Positions 38,311 to 48,645 of a stretch of DNA of 64,000 nucleotides are shown here, in pieces (the first letter of the stretch is position 1; each line of letters begins with the position of its first letter). Both the position numbers and the translations under genes were made by a program. This stretch comes from Nemertoderma westbladi (Eukaryota > Animalia > Xenacoelomorpha): NCBI GenBank assembly GCA_032718475.1, contig JAUCBJ010001007.1, forward strand, positions 1 to 64,000, read 5' to 3'. The notes under the pieces are model-generated. The model ran no database searches. It was not told the origin of the DNA and was given only the letters and a program-made list of their open reading frames with translations.

Positions 38311-41300
38311 TGAACGCCCTTCTTGACTCCAGCAGCACAGGAACATTCATCGATCAAGAACTAGCCGAAGATATCTTTGCTGGACAACCCAAATTTCGGA
38401 CTAAATTGAATATGTCAGGAATTATGCAGGTTTGGAAATCTACCCTAACGGCAGATTACTATGTAGGTGTGTTGTCCACCCCCCAGGATAAGTTAGGAGC
38501 ACAAGGTATAAGGTCGGTAAAAATGGTAGCTATAAAGAACTTCGCTACTACTCAAGCAGACCTTTATAATTGGGACGAGGATGAGAGCATCCAACATCTT
38601 AAGATACCTCGATTCCAGACAGATTATCCTGGAGTGCAAATACTCATCGGCCAAAACGCGCATGAGGCGCTCGAAACATTAGAGAAACGGCCTGCTCAAC
38701 CACAGCCACTGCAAACCTATGCGGTAAGAACTAGAGTAGGTTGGTACTTTACTGGCCCTTCCCACAGGACTCTCGAAGAGAGAATGCCACAAGAACGAAT
38801 ATACCAAGTAAACGATTGGGAAGTGGAGAGCAGTGAGGTGGACGAACTAACTGAGGAAACACCATACTCCTCAGATAATGACGACATCTACCAACTCTTC
38901 GATGAAGAGAACACAATCGACCTACTTACAGAAAACCAAACTTGGAAAAATCAGGTGAACCTATGTCAACTGATTCGCCCATCGGAACCCATCGCTTACA
39001 ATGACGAACTAAACGATGAGATAGAGCGCTACAACGCTAGAACTCGGGACGAACTAGCCATACGATTCTTTACTCAAGAACTGGTAGAGCCCAATTCATA
39101 TGATAAGGCCCTATCGATAGAAGAAGAAAGAGCCAAGCAAATCCAGGAAACAACTACACGTTTTTTAAAGGACCAAGGTAGATATGAAATCGGCCTACCA
39201 TTTCGAAAACGAGAACCTAGATTTATAAATAACAGACCCTTGGCAGAGAAAAGAATCGCTCAATTACATCGACGCCTTACGGCTAATGCTTCAGCTAAAG
39301 AAATGTACCAAACTCAGCTGAAGAAATTTATAACAAAGGGATACGCGGAGCGAGTACCGGAAGGAACACCAGTGACCGAGAGAATGTATTACTTAACACA
39401 TCATTACGTTCCCAAACCCGGTAAACCCCACGAAGTACGAGTCGTATCCGATGGCTCCGCCCTATATATGGGCCAATCCCTCAATTCCGAGTTGTTACCA
39501 GGACCCAACTTACTCCAATCTTTGTTGGGAATACTTTTAAGATTAAGACAATATTCCATCGCGTTCGCCTCCAATATAGAAGGAATGTTCTTACAAGTCA
39601 AGGCGCTGGATAGAGATAGAGACAGCCTGAGATTTCTGTGGTGGCCGGAAGGAGACCTCAATCAGAAACCGGTAGAGTACTGGATGATCATCCAGGCTTT
39701 TGGAATCATATCAAGCCCTTCCAATGCCTGCTCCGTGGTGCGAACCACTGCGAATGACAAACGAGACTCCTTCTCAAAAGAGGTGATAGACAACATCAAA
39801 CGGAATATATACATGGATGACAATTTAAGGTCCCTTCCATCAGTAGAAGAAGCCATAGATGTCGCAAAAGGAACGGTAGAGTGTTTGAAAAGAGGTGGAT
39901 TTCGACTGACGAAATTCACCAGCAACTCCCGTGAGTTTCTGGAAGCGATACTGGTAGCAGACCGAGGAGCGAAAGACCTAGACTTAATAAAGGACGATCT
40001 TCCTGAAACCAAGACGCTTAGCTTGAAGTGGGACACTGAAAGAGACATCCTGTTTTTTCAGTTAAAACAGCGAGATAATCCAGTTCGGACCAAACGGATT
40101 TGTTTAAGTATCCTGAGCACTTATTTCGACCCATTGGGATTTATTAGCCCAGTTATATTGATTGCTCGGAGTTTAGTACAACAAATGTGGCTTGAAAACC
40201 ACTCATGGGACGATCCGCTTAAGGGAGAATTGTTAAAGAAATGGATGAAATGGGAAGATTCTCTACCTGCCATCGAGAACTTTATAATTTCCCGTGCATA
40301 TTTTGGCCATGTTCTTCCTACGTATTCTTATCAACTCCATGTGTTTGGAGACGCCAGCGACATGGGAATAGGTATAGTATCATATCTGCGAGTCGAAACT
40401 CCGGATGGAATCAAAGTCGCCTTGGTTACCTCTAAGGCATTGATTAACAACAAGTTAAAGGTTCCTCGAGCGGAGTTAAAGGCGGCTTTATACGCTACAG
40501 CCATCGGCCGGAATGTAACGAAACAAATCGACTATCCACTGGAGAAAACGGTTTATTGGACCGACGCTTTACTCGTGTTGGAGTATCTAACCAATGAAGT
40601 CTGTCAGTTCAGCGTTTTTGTTACTAACAGGGTAGCTATTATTCTTAGTCGCACGAAGATAGATCAATGGAGACATTGCCCTGGTACGATTAATCCAGCC
40701 GATATCGCCTCCAGGGGAGCAACTCCACAGGAACTGATAGATACTCCAGACTGGTTGGGTGGACCCGACTTCCTGAGCAAGGAAGAGGATAAATGGCCTC
40801 CTCACCTTACTACGGCGGAGATTAGACAAGCCAAGGGAGCGGAGACAGTCAAACCTAAAACCCGGGCGAGTAAATCGAAGTTATTTAAACCGACTATCGA
40901 TCTATCTGTATTACATGCTTCCGGAAACGATGCTTCGGATCCACAATCCCTCGCCACAAATAAGTCTGTTGTGGAAATTAGAGATAGAGATTGGACATCT
41001 GGAATACCAGACATCTCGCAAGGAATCTCACCCATGCTGCAGAGAGCAATGCATCACTACAGTTCCTGGAATCGGCTCTGTAAAGCCGTCACATATTTAA
41101 GGAGATGTTTTCATCATCACTACTCCAGGACGAAGACCATTAGTGATACCGCTCCATTGACATCTGCGCAAGTTCATGTTATTAAAAACTTACCCAAATA
41201 TAAGACATCTGACCGTTTTCTAAAGGAGAAAATTAGCCACCAGGAGCATGAAGAAACAAATAAGCAGATACTGAGACTCCTGCAATGCTATGAGGATTCC

Positions 41301-42668
41301 GATAAGTATTTCCTGTTGTTGAGAAATCCGCAGATGCGCTTAAGGGATCGATTCTCTAGCACAATGATAGATGGGTTAATACGTGTTGGAGGAAGACTCA
41401 CCAATGCGCCATTATCCTTTGACACTAAATTCCCCATACTCATTACAAATCTTGAAGTACAAATCAAGATGATTGTAGATGTCCACAGCAAACTTTATCA
41501 TGCTGGTAGAGAACGAGTTCTTAGCGAAATTCGAACTCGCTATTATTTTGATAAACCCCGTAGAGCTCTGAACCAAGTTCTTAGGAACTGCATACCCTGT
41601 AGGAAAGCATTCAGTAGGCCTTTAACACAGCGAGAGGCAGAATTACCTAGGGAACGAGTAAGCTTCTATGAACCACCTTTTACTAATACTGGTGTAGATT
41701 TATTTGGCCCTATCGAAGTATATCGTGCGAGGACTATAGTCAAGAGATGGTGTGTCATCTTCGTATGCATGACTTGTAGAGCCATCCATCTCGATATGGT
41801 GAACGATCTATCTACCAACAGCTTCGTCTTAAGTTTACGCCGACAGATCGCTCGCTTCGGGACGAGTAATACCATGAGATCGGACAAGGGAACGAACTTC
41901 ATTGGTGCCAACAACGAAATACAGGCTTACGTGAAGGACTGGAACCAAAGACAGGTGGACGATCAGCTAAGGATAACAGCGTCTAGCTGGACCTTCAACG
42001 CCGCCGACGCCCCTTGGTGGGGAGGAAGTTGGGAGAGATTAATTAGAAGTGTCAAAACCGCATTTCACTTTATAGTGCCATGCCGCGCGTATCTCACCGA
42101 CGAACTTTTGCGGACGTTAATGGAGGAAATAGCTGCCTATCTCAACGAGAGACCGCTTATGCCAGTTTCATCGAGTCCCGATTCCCTGGAAGCTCTAACA
42201 CCCGCGCACTTCCTACTGAAGAAACCTGTAGCCATGCTCCCACGATCGGAGATTGCCGACGGAGACGAATACTGCCGTCAAACTTGGCAACTTATGCAGT
42301 TGCTATCCCGTCGTTTCGCTGACCATTTCGAGAAACATTATCTGCCCACGCTACAACTTCGAACTAAGTGGTTTGCGCAGCAAGAAAACGTCAGCGCCGG
42401 AGATATGGTGCTTATTGTAGATCCAGACCTCCCACGTAAACGGTGGCAGACAGGTCGTATCATCGAGACCCACATCTCGGATGATGGTTTAGTACGCTCG
42501 GTAGAACTCATCGTCAACTTCAAGAAGCCAGGCATAATCTTTGACGCAACAACTCAATCGCCCAGTTGGTCGTTTATGTTTACTGAAAAGAGACAGAGAA
42601 CTCTCCGGAAACTACGGAAGGCAAGACACTCTTCCCACGACCACCTCCCTAATTCCTCAAACATCTAG
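38223..42668 (+). CDS. pol: BEL/Pao Pol (protease, RT, RNase H, integrase); out of frame with Gag, probably defective
   Basis: ALLDSSS; YMDD; LHVFGDAS, PRAEL, NPADIASRG; H-x4-H...CIPC; TGVDLFGP, SDKGTNF, GGSWERL. Confidence 0.95.
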   Translation: MESSNFQRRNQRISCSAGKRVHGPNKSYIVNALLDSSSTGTFIDQELAEDIFAGQPKFRTKLNMSGIMQVWKSTLTADYYVGVLSTPQDKLGAQGIRSVKMVAIKNFATTQADLYNWDEDESIQHLKIPRFQTDYPGVQILIGQNAHEALETLEKRPAQPQPLQTYAVRTRVGWYFTGPSHRTLEERMPQERIYQVNDWEVESSEVDELTEETPYSSDNDDIYQLFDEENTIDLLTENQTWKNQVNLCQLIRPSEPIAYNDELNDEIERYNARTRDELAIRFFTQELVEPNSYDKALSIEEERAKQIQETTTRFLKDQGRYEIGLPFRKREPRFINNRPLAEKRIAQLHRRLTANASAKEMYQTQLKKFITKGYAERVPEGTPVTERMYYLTHHYVPKPGKPHEVRVVSDGSALYMGQSLNSELLPGPNLLQSLLGILLRLRQYSIAFASNIEGMFLQVKALDRDRDSLRFLWWPEGDLNQKPVEYWMIIQAFGIISSPSNACSVVRTTANDKRDSFSKEVIDNIKRNIYMDDNLRSLPSVEEAIDVAKGTVECLKRGGFRLTKFTSNSREFLEAILVADRGAKDLDLIKDDLPETKTLSLKWDTERDILFFQLKQRDNPVRTKRICLSILSTYFDPLGFISPVILIARSLVQQMWLENHSWDDPLKGELLKKWMKWEDSLPAIENFIISRAYFGHVLPTYSYQLHVFGDASDMGIGIVSYLRVETPDGIKVALVTSKALINNKLKVPRAELKAALYATAIGRNVTKQIDYPLEKTVYWTDALLVLEYLTNEVCQFSVFVTNRVAIILSRTKIDQWRHCPGTINPADIASRGATPQELIDTPDWLGGPDFLSKEEDKWPPHLTTAEIRQAKGAETVKPKTRASKSKLFKPTIDLSVLHASGNDASDPQSLATNKSVVEIRDRDWTSGIPDISQGISPMLQRAMHHYSSWNRLCKAVTYLRRCFHHHYSRTKTISDTAPLTSAQVHVIKNLPKYKTSDRFLKEKISHQEHEETNKQILRLLQCYEDSDKYFLLLRNPQMRLRDRFSSTMIDGLIRVGGRLTNAPLSFDTKFPILITNLEVQIKMIVDVHSKLYHAGRERVLSEIRTRYYFDKPRRALNQVLRNCIPCRKAFSRPLTQREAELPRERVSFYEPPFTNTGVDLFGPIEVYRARTIVKRWCVIFVCMTCRAIHLDMVNDLSTNSFVLSLRRQIARFGTSNTMRSDKGTNFIGANNEIQAYVKDWNQRQVDDQLRITASSWTFNAADAPWWGGSWERLIRSVKTAFHFIVPCRAYLTDELLRTLMEEIAAYLNERPLMPVSSSPDSLEALTPAHFLLKKPVAMLPRSEIADGDEYCRQTWQLMQLLSRRFADHFEKHYLPTLQLRTKWFAQQENVSAGDMVLIVDPDLPRKRWQTGRIIETHISDDGLVRSVELIVNFKKPGIIFDATTQSPSWSFMFTEKRQRTLRKLRKARHSSHDHLPNSSNI

Positions 42669-44313
42669 GGACTCCCCAACGTGATACGTCTGGAGTGGGT
42701 GTATGACTACATTGTTTTATCTATTTTATTATATTTTTATATGCGAACTTTATTATGTACTTTATTATAATCGTTTTTATTCAATTTTATTTAGTAGAAT
42801 GTTATTTTAGTGATTATTTAGTAGATTAGTGCAATGTATTAGTGTTTATTATGTACGTAATTACTTATAATATATATTTAGTGCGACGGCGAGAAAATAA
42901 TTATTTTTCTCTTTCCTTACTGTCCGTATCATATTGTAAATACGTGACTACAGTAAGATGAAATGTCCGTACTTAGTAAAGTACAATAAAGCCACTACTA
43001 TATTCAAGTATTATTGGTAGGCAGAGTATTAGGAATGCAAAGTTCAGATCCTCGTGTCTCGGCTAAACCAAGCTCTGGGTAGACCTTGGAAACGACTTGC
43101 CTCTTCACACTGACATTGCTTCGTGCGATATTGCTCTTCTACCTTATATTAAATAATACATATAGTAGCGTGATGTCCCTCTAACAGTAGCGTAAAACGC
43201 AAATAAATCTGTTAAACCTTTTGACCATCTGTAATTCTAGTCGATTAAGATATCGCGGCACCCACCGATATACTTGAAAGACAAATTCTAGAATCAGTGG
43301 TTAACGTCCCCAGACAAGTTCTGGAATAAATCGGTGCCCATCTTAAATATTAATTTAATATTTAGTAAAAATCTGTAAAATTCAGGTCCTTTGAAATTTC
43401 TAGTCAATTAAGATATCGCAGCACTTACCGATACTCTTAAAAGACAATTTTATAGAATTAAGGATCCTATGTCCCCAGACCTGCTCTGGAATCAAATTGT
43501 GTCAATTTTAACATCAAATAATAAAATTCACGGGAATAAATTCAAATTCATATTTTAAATGAATTTCATAAATTGTCATTTTGTACAATTTATAACATTC
43601 CCAAAATTCCATTAATTAATAGATCATGGGAGCGGAGATTCATCCTATTGAGTGTATTAGAGTGCGAGAATCTCCAACATATAGTCAATAGCCGATAAAA
43701 TTAATAAAATCATGCATAAAGAGGATATTGACAATTAAAGAATTATTATTAAATAGCATCCCAGATCTGTATGCATGAGAATTACCCTAATTCTACCGCT
43801 AGCATTCCATAATGTCACCATAGCAACACCCACGCTAGAATTAGAAGCAAGTTAAGAGAACAATAGAAAGCTTGTCACATTGCATAGCATAGAGAATACA
43901 TAGCACACTGTTAGTATCCAAGGATACACAGTAATAACGTGACATTCTGGAAGGCACTGACTAACGGACAAATGGCCTGTATGTGTATAATTGGTGACAG
44001 TTGTGTGGAATTTGTGCGTTTATAGGTGAATGTTACTGCTAAAGTATGTTTACAGTAGCTAGTCGCAATTGTAAAAGTAGCCCAACTCCCCTATAGAAAG
44101 AACCTAAGTGGATCCAAGCCTTTGGGACGGACAGTGGAGTGACTTGTGCCGGTTATCGTTGTCGTGCTGTTGCTACATGTTGGCGTAAACACCGCGACGA
44201 CGGTACATCGGCGCTGAGAATCCCACTGTCCGGGGGCAAAGAGAAGTAGGCAGCGACGCCCGCTCGCCTAAAATATAAACTTATTTTGATATTAATAAAC
44301 TCAGATAGCAGAT

Positions 44314-46797
44314 ATGACGGAGTTGATAGAAGATGATCTTGGTATTAGGGAGCGATATACTCTACCTTTACAAGCATTTGTGGATAGCTTAATACGCGGT
44401 GAAGCCGATCCAACCATTACGGAGGACGATGGTCGTTATATCGAACCGCCGATGTCCCAAGAGCAACTTGCGCGTGAATTGGACTATCGAAAATTCACCA
44501 CTCGCTATACGAATCGTAATGGTACGTATATGGACTTCTTAACTACCGGCCACCCTATCGATTTACATGATACGGACGATGTAGATACAGAGAGGGAAAT
44601 GGTTCTATTTAAATATCATACCCAGCGGAGTCGTAACGATAAACCGAGAATAGATCACGAAAATTCTATTCGTAATAGACTGGAAAGAGAAAACGTTGAA
44701 GAACCGGATAAACGCATCGACTTCAACGAATACCTAGAATTTTTGAGAGAAACCTATCTCAACATCGCTAGTCAGCAGAACTTAGAGACTCGATATCCTC
44801 AAGGTATACATCACGACCCTGTGGTAGAACTCAAACGGCTCTATTTCACTATGATGTATCTTACCGCCGATCGTCCACTACCTGTTATCCCGGATAGTTT
44901 TGAACAAATGGAAGAATATTGCAAAACTGGAGAACGTTCACCCGCGTTTCCTCTACAGGACGTACGTCTTTGGTATTATTGTGACGAATGCCCTAGACCC
45001 AACCAACAAACTGAAAGACACAAACATCCGCGGAGACGTTGCGCTAAACACAGTTTTACGCGTTACACTTACGGGAGTTTCGAGCGAAACCTGTTCGACG
45101 TACCACCTACGATCGCTCGTCTTAAACGATCACTGAATAAACCCATGATCAGAGTTCCGGAATACTCGGTCAGGCCTCCTCATTCCCTAGTGAGACCTCA
45201 AACTCTTGATCCTAACAGTATCACTGATCCTCCCGAACTATATTCCCTGTTCAAAGACTTAGTGTTACCCGAACAATTAATCGGTGGTGCTCCGGTAGTG
45301 GGTTCGTTAGACATTCGCCCATCCTACTTAGCCGGATTGGGACGCGGGCAGCTAATATCGCCCTTTGATCCTTACAATCGTCCAGGATTAAACCCGATGC
45401 AACCCGCCACGGAAGTCGAGGAGAGCGTTATAAGAAACGCTTTAGACGCCATTCGACAGAAAATCGGAAAGGGAACACAAGATTGTTTAGAGAAACGTAA
45501 ACTACAGCAACAAGTACAATCGGTGAAGGAGTTAGCCTTGCCACAGTTCGATAGAGAAATCCAAAACCTCGAGGAAGACATCGAGCTTGGACGCACGTAT
45601 TCTCTACAAGAATTTTTAGGTGAACGCTTACAGAGACAAGCGGAAGAAAATCTACTCGAGGAGAAACACACGCAACTGGAAGAGAGAGAAGAAGTCGCTT
45701 TAGCCCAACATGAAGCTCAAATCCTCATGACAGACCTCTACTCTAAAACCGTTCGTCATCCCTCGATGATTCCACATTTCGGAGACAAGCTCTTCGCGAC
45801 GATACAACCTCAACCGGTTGACATCAGTACAGGATCGCAAAATCTTATCGCTGACGCCCCTATGTTACAGCGTCCGCCGATCGAGGCCGCTCGTGTTGAC
45901 GGTATACTCGTTGAACCTCCGGACAATCGAGCGGATCTTGTCCGTCGTATGGTACACAATGTCAACATACGCGCTAGACCTTTACAGAACTCGTTTTATG
46001 GCATTAAAGACCACCCTTATTACGTTAATCTGACTCAATATTATATGGTAAAACCAGAAGACCCGACACATAATTTAAAGTTTCTACCACTAATAAATCC
46101 TCTAGACATTGTCGAACTCGAACAATTGCAGAAACATCTGGATCAGTTAGTAAAGGTAAACTCATTTAGAAAACCATATAACATTTCTCGAATTGAGAAA
46201 GATATAGAACCTCCTTATAATCTCGATGGATTTATTAAAACTCGATTAGTCCATTGGAATCTAGATGTATTATTTGAAGAAGAGAAAATACAAAGATATG
46301 GAAATGTGGAGACGTATACCACTCGGCACATGAAGTATAGTGATCTCCCTGACGCTAACCAATGCGCCACCTTGTGGCATCCAGTAGGGATGACCCTAGA
46401 GAACGCCACCAAGGAGTGGAATGAAACTCTTAATGTTATTGAGATGTATGGAGTTGTCACCTACGATAATGAAGGTAGCGTTCCGGTCGGAGAACTAGGA
46501 ACTACGCGCATGATCCACATACGCGGATTAGCTGGTTCTACCCACGTGTTTACTCGAGCGTGTTCCGACGTGATTGATTATTCTTTTGAAACTCTCACCG
46601 AAACACAAAAGAATCTCCGACATGGACAATTCGAACTCGCGCAGCGTTACGTCATTGACACCGAACGCAAACCGGCCATGGGCATCGATGGATCGATGTT
46701 ACCCCAGCCCGTACTCGAGATGTTATTCAACGAAAGAATCCTTAAAATCGGCTCAGCTGTTTATGGAGATCTCCAAAACGACTTTCGGAATATGTAG
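44314..46797 (+). CDS. ORF3 5' part (unknown N-terminal region, coiled coil, first half of a DEDDy exonuclease-like domain)
   Basis: 827 aa; VVTYDNEG, LPQPVLEMLFNERILKIGSAVYGD; ends at a single TAG in frame with the next ORF. Confidence 0.8.
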   Translation: MTELIEDDLGIRERYTLPLQAFVDSLIRGEADPTITEDDGRYIEPPMSQEQLARELDYRKFTTRYTNRNGTYMDFLTTGHPIDLHDTDDVDTEREMVLFKYHTQRSRNDKPRIDHENSIRNRLERENVEEPDKRIDFNEYLEFLRETYLNIASQQNLETRYPQGIHHDPVVELKRLYFTMMYLTADRPLPVIPDSFEQMEEYCKTGERSPAFPLQDVRLWYYCDECPRPNQQTERHKHPRRRCAKHSFTRYTYGSFERNLFDVPPTIARLKRSLNKPMIRVPEYSVRPPHSLVRPQTLDPNSITDPPELYSLFKDLVLPEQLIGGAPVVGSLDIRPSYLAGLGRGQLISPFDPYNRPGLNPMQPATEVEESVIRNALDAIRQKIGKGTQDCLEKRKLQQQVQSVKELALPQFDREIQNLEEDIELGRTYSLQEFLGERLQRQAEENLLEEKHTQLEEREEVALAQHEAQILMTDLYSKTVRHPSMIPHFGDKLFATIQPQPVDISTGSQNLIADAPMLQRPPIEAARVDGILVEPPDNRADLVRRMVHNVNIRARPLQNSFYGIKDHPYYVNLTQYYMVKPEDPTHNLKFLPLINPLDIVELEQLQKHLDQLVKVNSFRKPYNISRIEKDIEPPYNLDGFIKTRLVHWNLDVLFEEEKIQRYGNVETYTTRHMKYSDLPDANQCATLWHPVGMTLENATKEWNETLNVIEMYGVVTYDNEGSVPVGELGTTRMIHIRGLAGSTHVFTRACSDVIDYSFETLTETQKNLRHGQFELAQRYVIDTERKPAMGIDGSMLPQPVLEMLFNERILKIGSAVYGDLQNDFRNM

Positions 46798-48567
46798 AAC
46801 ATTCCATACCCTTTCGTTGATACTCAGCTGATTGCTCCCTGGGCAGAAGGTCGAGGTTTCTTCCGCACCATGTATGCTAATACGTCTAGCAACATAACAA
46901 AGGTGCAACGAACTTCCATCGGACATCTTGCCTTTCAGGAATACGGATGGAATTTCAAAGTCGGAAATCCCATTAACTATCAACAAGTATACGGAGACCA
47001 TTATTCTCGATTATACTTTGATGGACCATTGACCGCACCTGGCGCCGTGTATAGCTTCATGAGTGTTCCACTCCGTCCCTCCTTAGCTATATCCACGATC
47101 TTTGAAAACACCGCACTTGCCGGTTGGCTAGCCGATGTGTGCAGTCGTACCATACGCGCCCATCCATTAATACTTGGGACCAAACTCGCTAAGCTAGATG
47201 AACATAATAAAATCATCCGTTTCGAATGTTTCCGGCGATTTTTAACCCCGTTCCGCAACGTGGATAGCCAATTTAAAGACCGCGCTTTGACCAAGCTCAG
47301 CCTAAGAAACTCAGCTGCAGAGAAGTTGGATAGCGCTGGATTCGCCGTTTTCCAAGAGATTTGTATATCGAACTTGCACTCCTCTGTTATACAAAGACCT
47401 CGAATCCCCACAGGTTATTCTGTCGTGGAAATTCAGACAATAGGTCCACCTGAAGAGACAGACGCGCCCACTTCAGCTATGCACTTGGAAGACGAACCAA
47501 TATGTCTAGAATCTGAAGAGATTCAGCCTATCGCGCCCCGGAACAGCGACAACGATTACATCATAGAATGGTATCAAGGTCCACAGTGTCTCACTGCGTA
47601 CGATTATCGACATGCCAACTATGTTTCTAGGCAACGTTGTCGGTTATGCGCATCGAGAGACCACGATACGCCCATGGACACCAACGTCCGCTGTTCCTAT
47701 TTCCAAGAACAACCGACTATGGAAATTTATTGCGCATATTGCAGACTCAATAACTTGCATATCTTTGCGGTTTGCCCTCAATTTATGACTCAATGTCACC
47801 ATTGTCAACTAAAGGGACATGCCAGTTTCGATTGCCCTTTTAATCACGATTTGGAAAGCGTAGATGAAATGATCACACTACGTTACATCAGAGCTTGGGA
47901 AGCGAACGCTGATTTACATTGTGATTCGCGCCATCGCTATTATCCCGGACGCGCTTACGAAGGAGTTTATGCGTTCCATCCTTATCTATTCGCTACGGTC
48001 GAACAGAAATCACGCATATCGAGTTACGAGCTACTGAATCGCGTCGGAGAATGTATTTCAACCAAATTCGTACGCAAATTTCTCAGGAGTGTTAATCCTA
48101 GCGACCTTCATTCCTATAACTTAATCAATTATATCCGTCAGGATCCGGACTATGGAGACTTGTTTGTTAACTCACACCCCGAGTTACAGGAAGTATATCG
48201 ACGGCCTTACGAATACCGAGCCCGCGAACGCGAGTTGGAAAGAACCATTAAACCCCGGAGGTTTCTAACTGCCTATGGTCCACCCACGGCCCTCGTTCAG
48301 ACCACTCGTAAAGGACCCGTAAGAGCGGCTGTCTTGAAACGAGCTCTCAAAGCCGTTAGACCCCTCTCCCCTGACGTTGATGTCAATCAACCCGGTACTT
48401 CGACTGGCGGATACACCGAACATAATCCTACACCCTCTGATGCAATCATATTGCACCCTTCACCCAGAAGTTATAGCCCTCCTTGTAAAGTGGCTCGCCC
48501 CAAAGAGAAAAGGACTCTGGCTAGCTTTAAAAAACTGCGTAAACGCCGTCCGCGCAAGAAAGACTAA
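46798..48567 (+). CDS. ORF3 3' part (rest of exonuclease-like domain, three CCHC knuckles, basic tail)
   Basis: Open from 46798 (NIPYPFVDTQL...) in the same frame; CRLCASRDH..C, CAYCRLNNLHIFAVC, CHHCQLKGHASFDC; C-terminal KKLRKRRPRKKD. Confidence 0.8.
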   Translation, partial: NIPYPFVDTQLIAPWAEGRGFFRTMYANTSSNITKVQRTSIGHLAFQEYGWNFKVGNPINYQQVYGDHYSRLYFDGPLTAPGAVYSFMSVPLRPSLAISTIFENTALAGWLADVCSRTIRAHPLILGTKLAKLDEHNKIIRFECFRRFLTPFRNVDSQFKDRALTKLSLRNSAAEKLDSAGFAVFQEICISNLHSSVIQRPRIPTGYSVVEIQTIGPPEETDAPTSAMHLEDEPICLESEEIQPIAPRNSDNDYIIEWYQGPQCLTAYDYRHANYVSRQRCRLCASRDHDTPMDTNVRCSYFQEQPTMEIYCAYCRLNNLHIFAVCPQFMTQCHHCQLKGHASFDCPFNHDLESVDEMITLRYIRAWEANADLHCDSRHRYYPGRAYEGVYAFHPYLFATVEQKSRISSYELLNRVGECISTKFVRKFLRSVNPSDLHSYNLINYIRQDPDYGDLFVNSHPELQEVYRRPYEYRARERELERTIKPRRFLTAYGPPTALVQTTRKGPVRAAVLKRALKAVRPLSPDVDVNQPGTSTGGYTEHNPTPSDAIILHPSPRSYSPPCKVARPKEKRTLASFKKLRKRRPRKKD

Positions 48568-48637
48568 CTGTTTAGAGTATTTACATATATTAGAAACTGT
48601 GATTTTTGTATATTTATAAACTTGAATCCCATTTTCT

Positions 48638-48645
48638 GGGAGCGG
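48638..48645 (+). promoter_or_regulatory. Polypurine tract (GGGAGCGG)
   Basis: Directly abuts the TG of the 3' LTR. Confidence 0.7.

Noticed and set aside
46790-46810. Programmed stop-codon readthrough at the ORF3 TAG
   Set aside because: Context TAG-AAC is not a typical readthrough signal, it falls mid-domain, and the homolog in element 2 reads through this region; a nonsense mutation or sequencing error is more likely
44314-48567. ORF3 as an envelope glycoprotein
   Set aside because: No evident signal peptide or transmembrane anchor; hydrophilic with nucleic-acid-binding motifs
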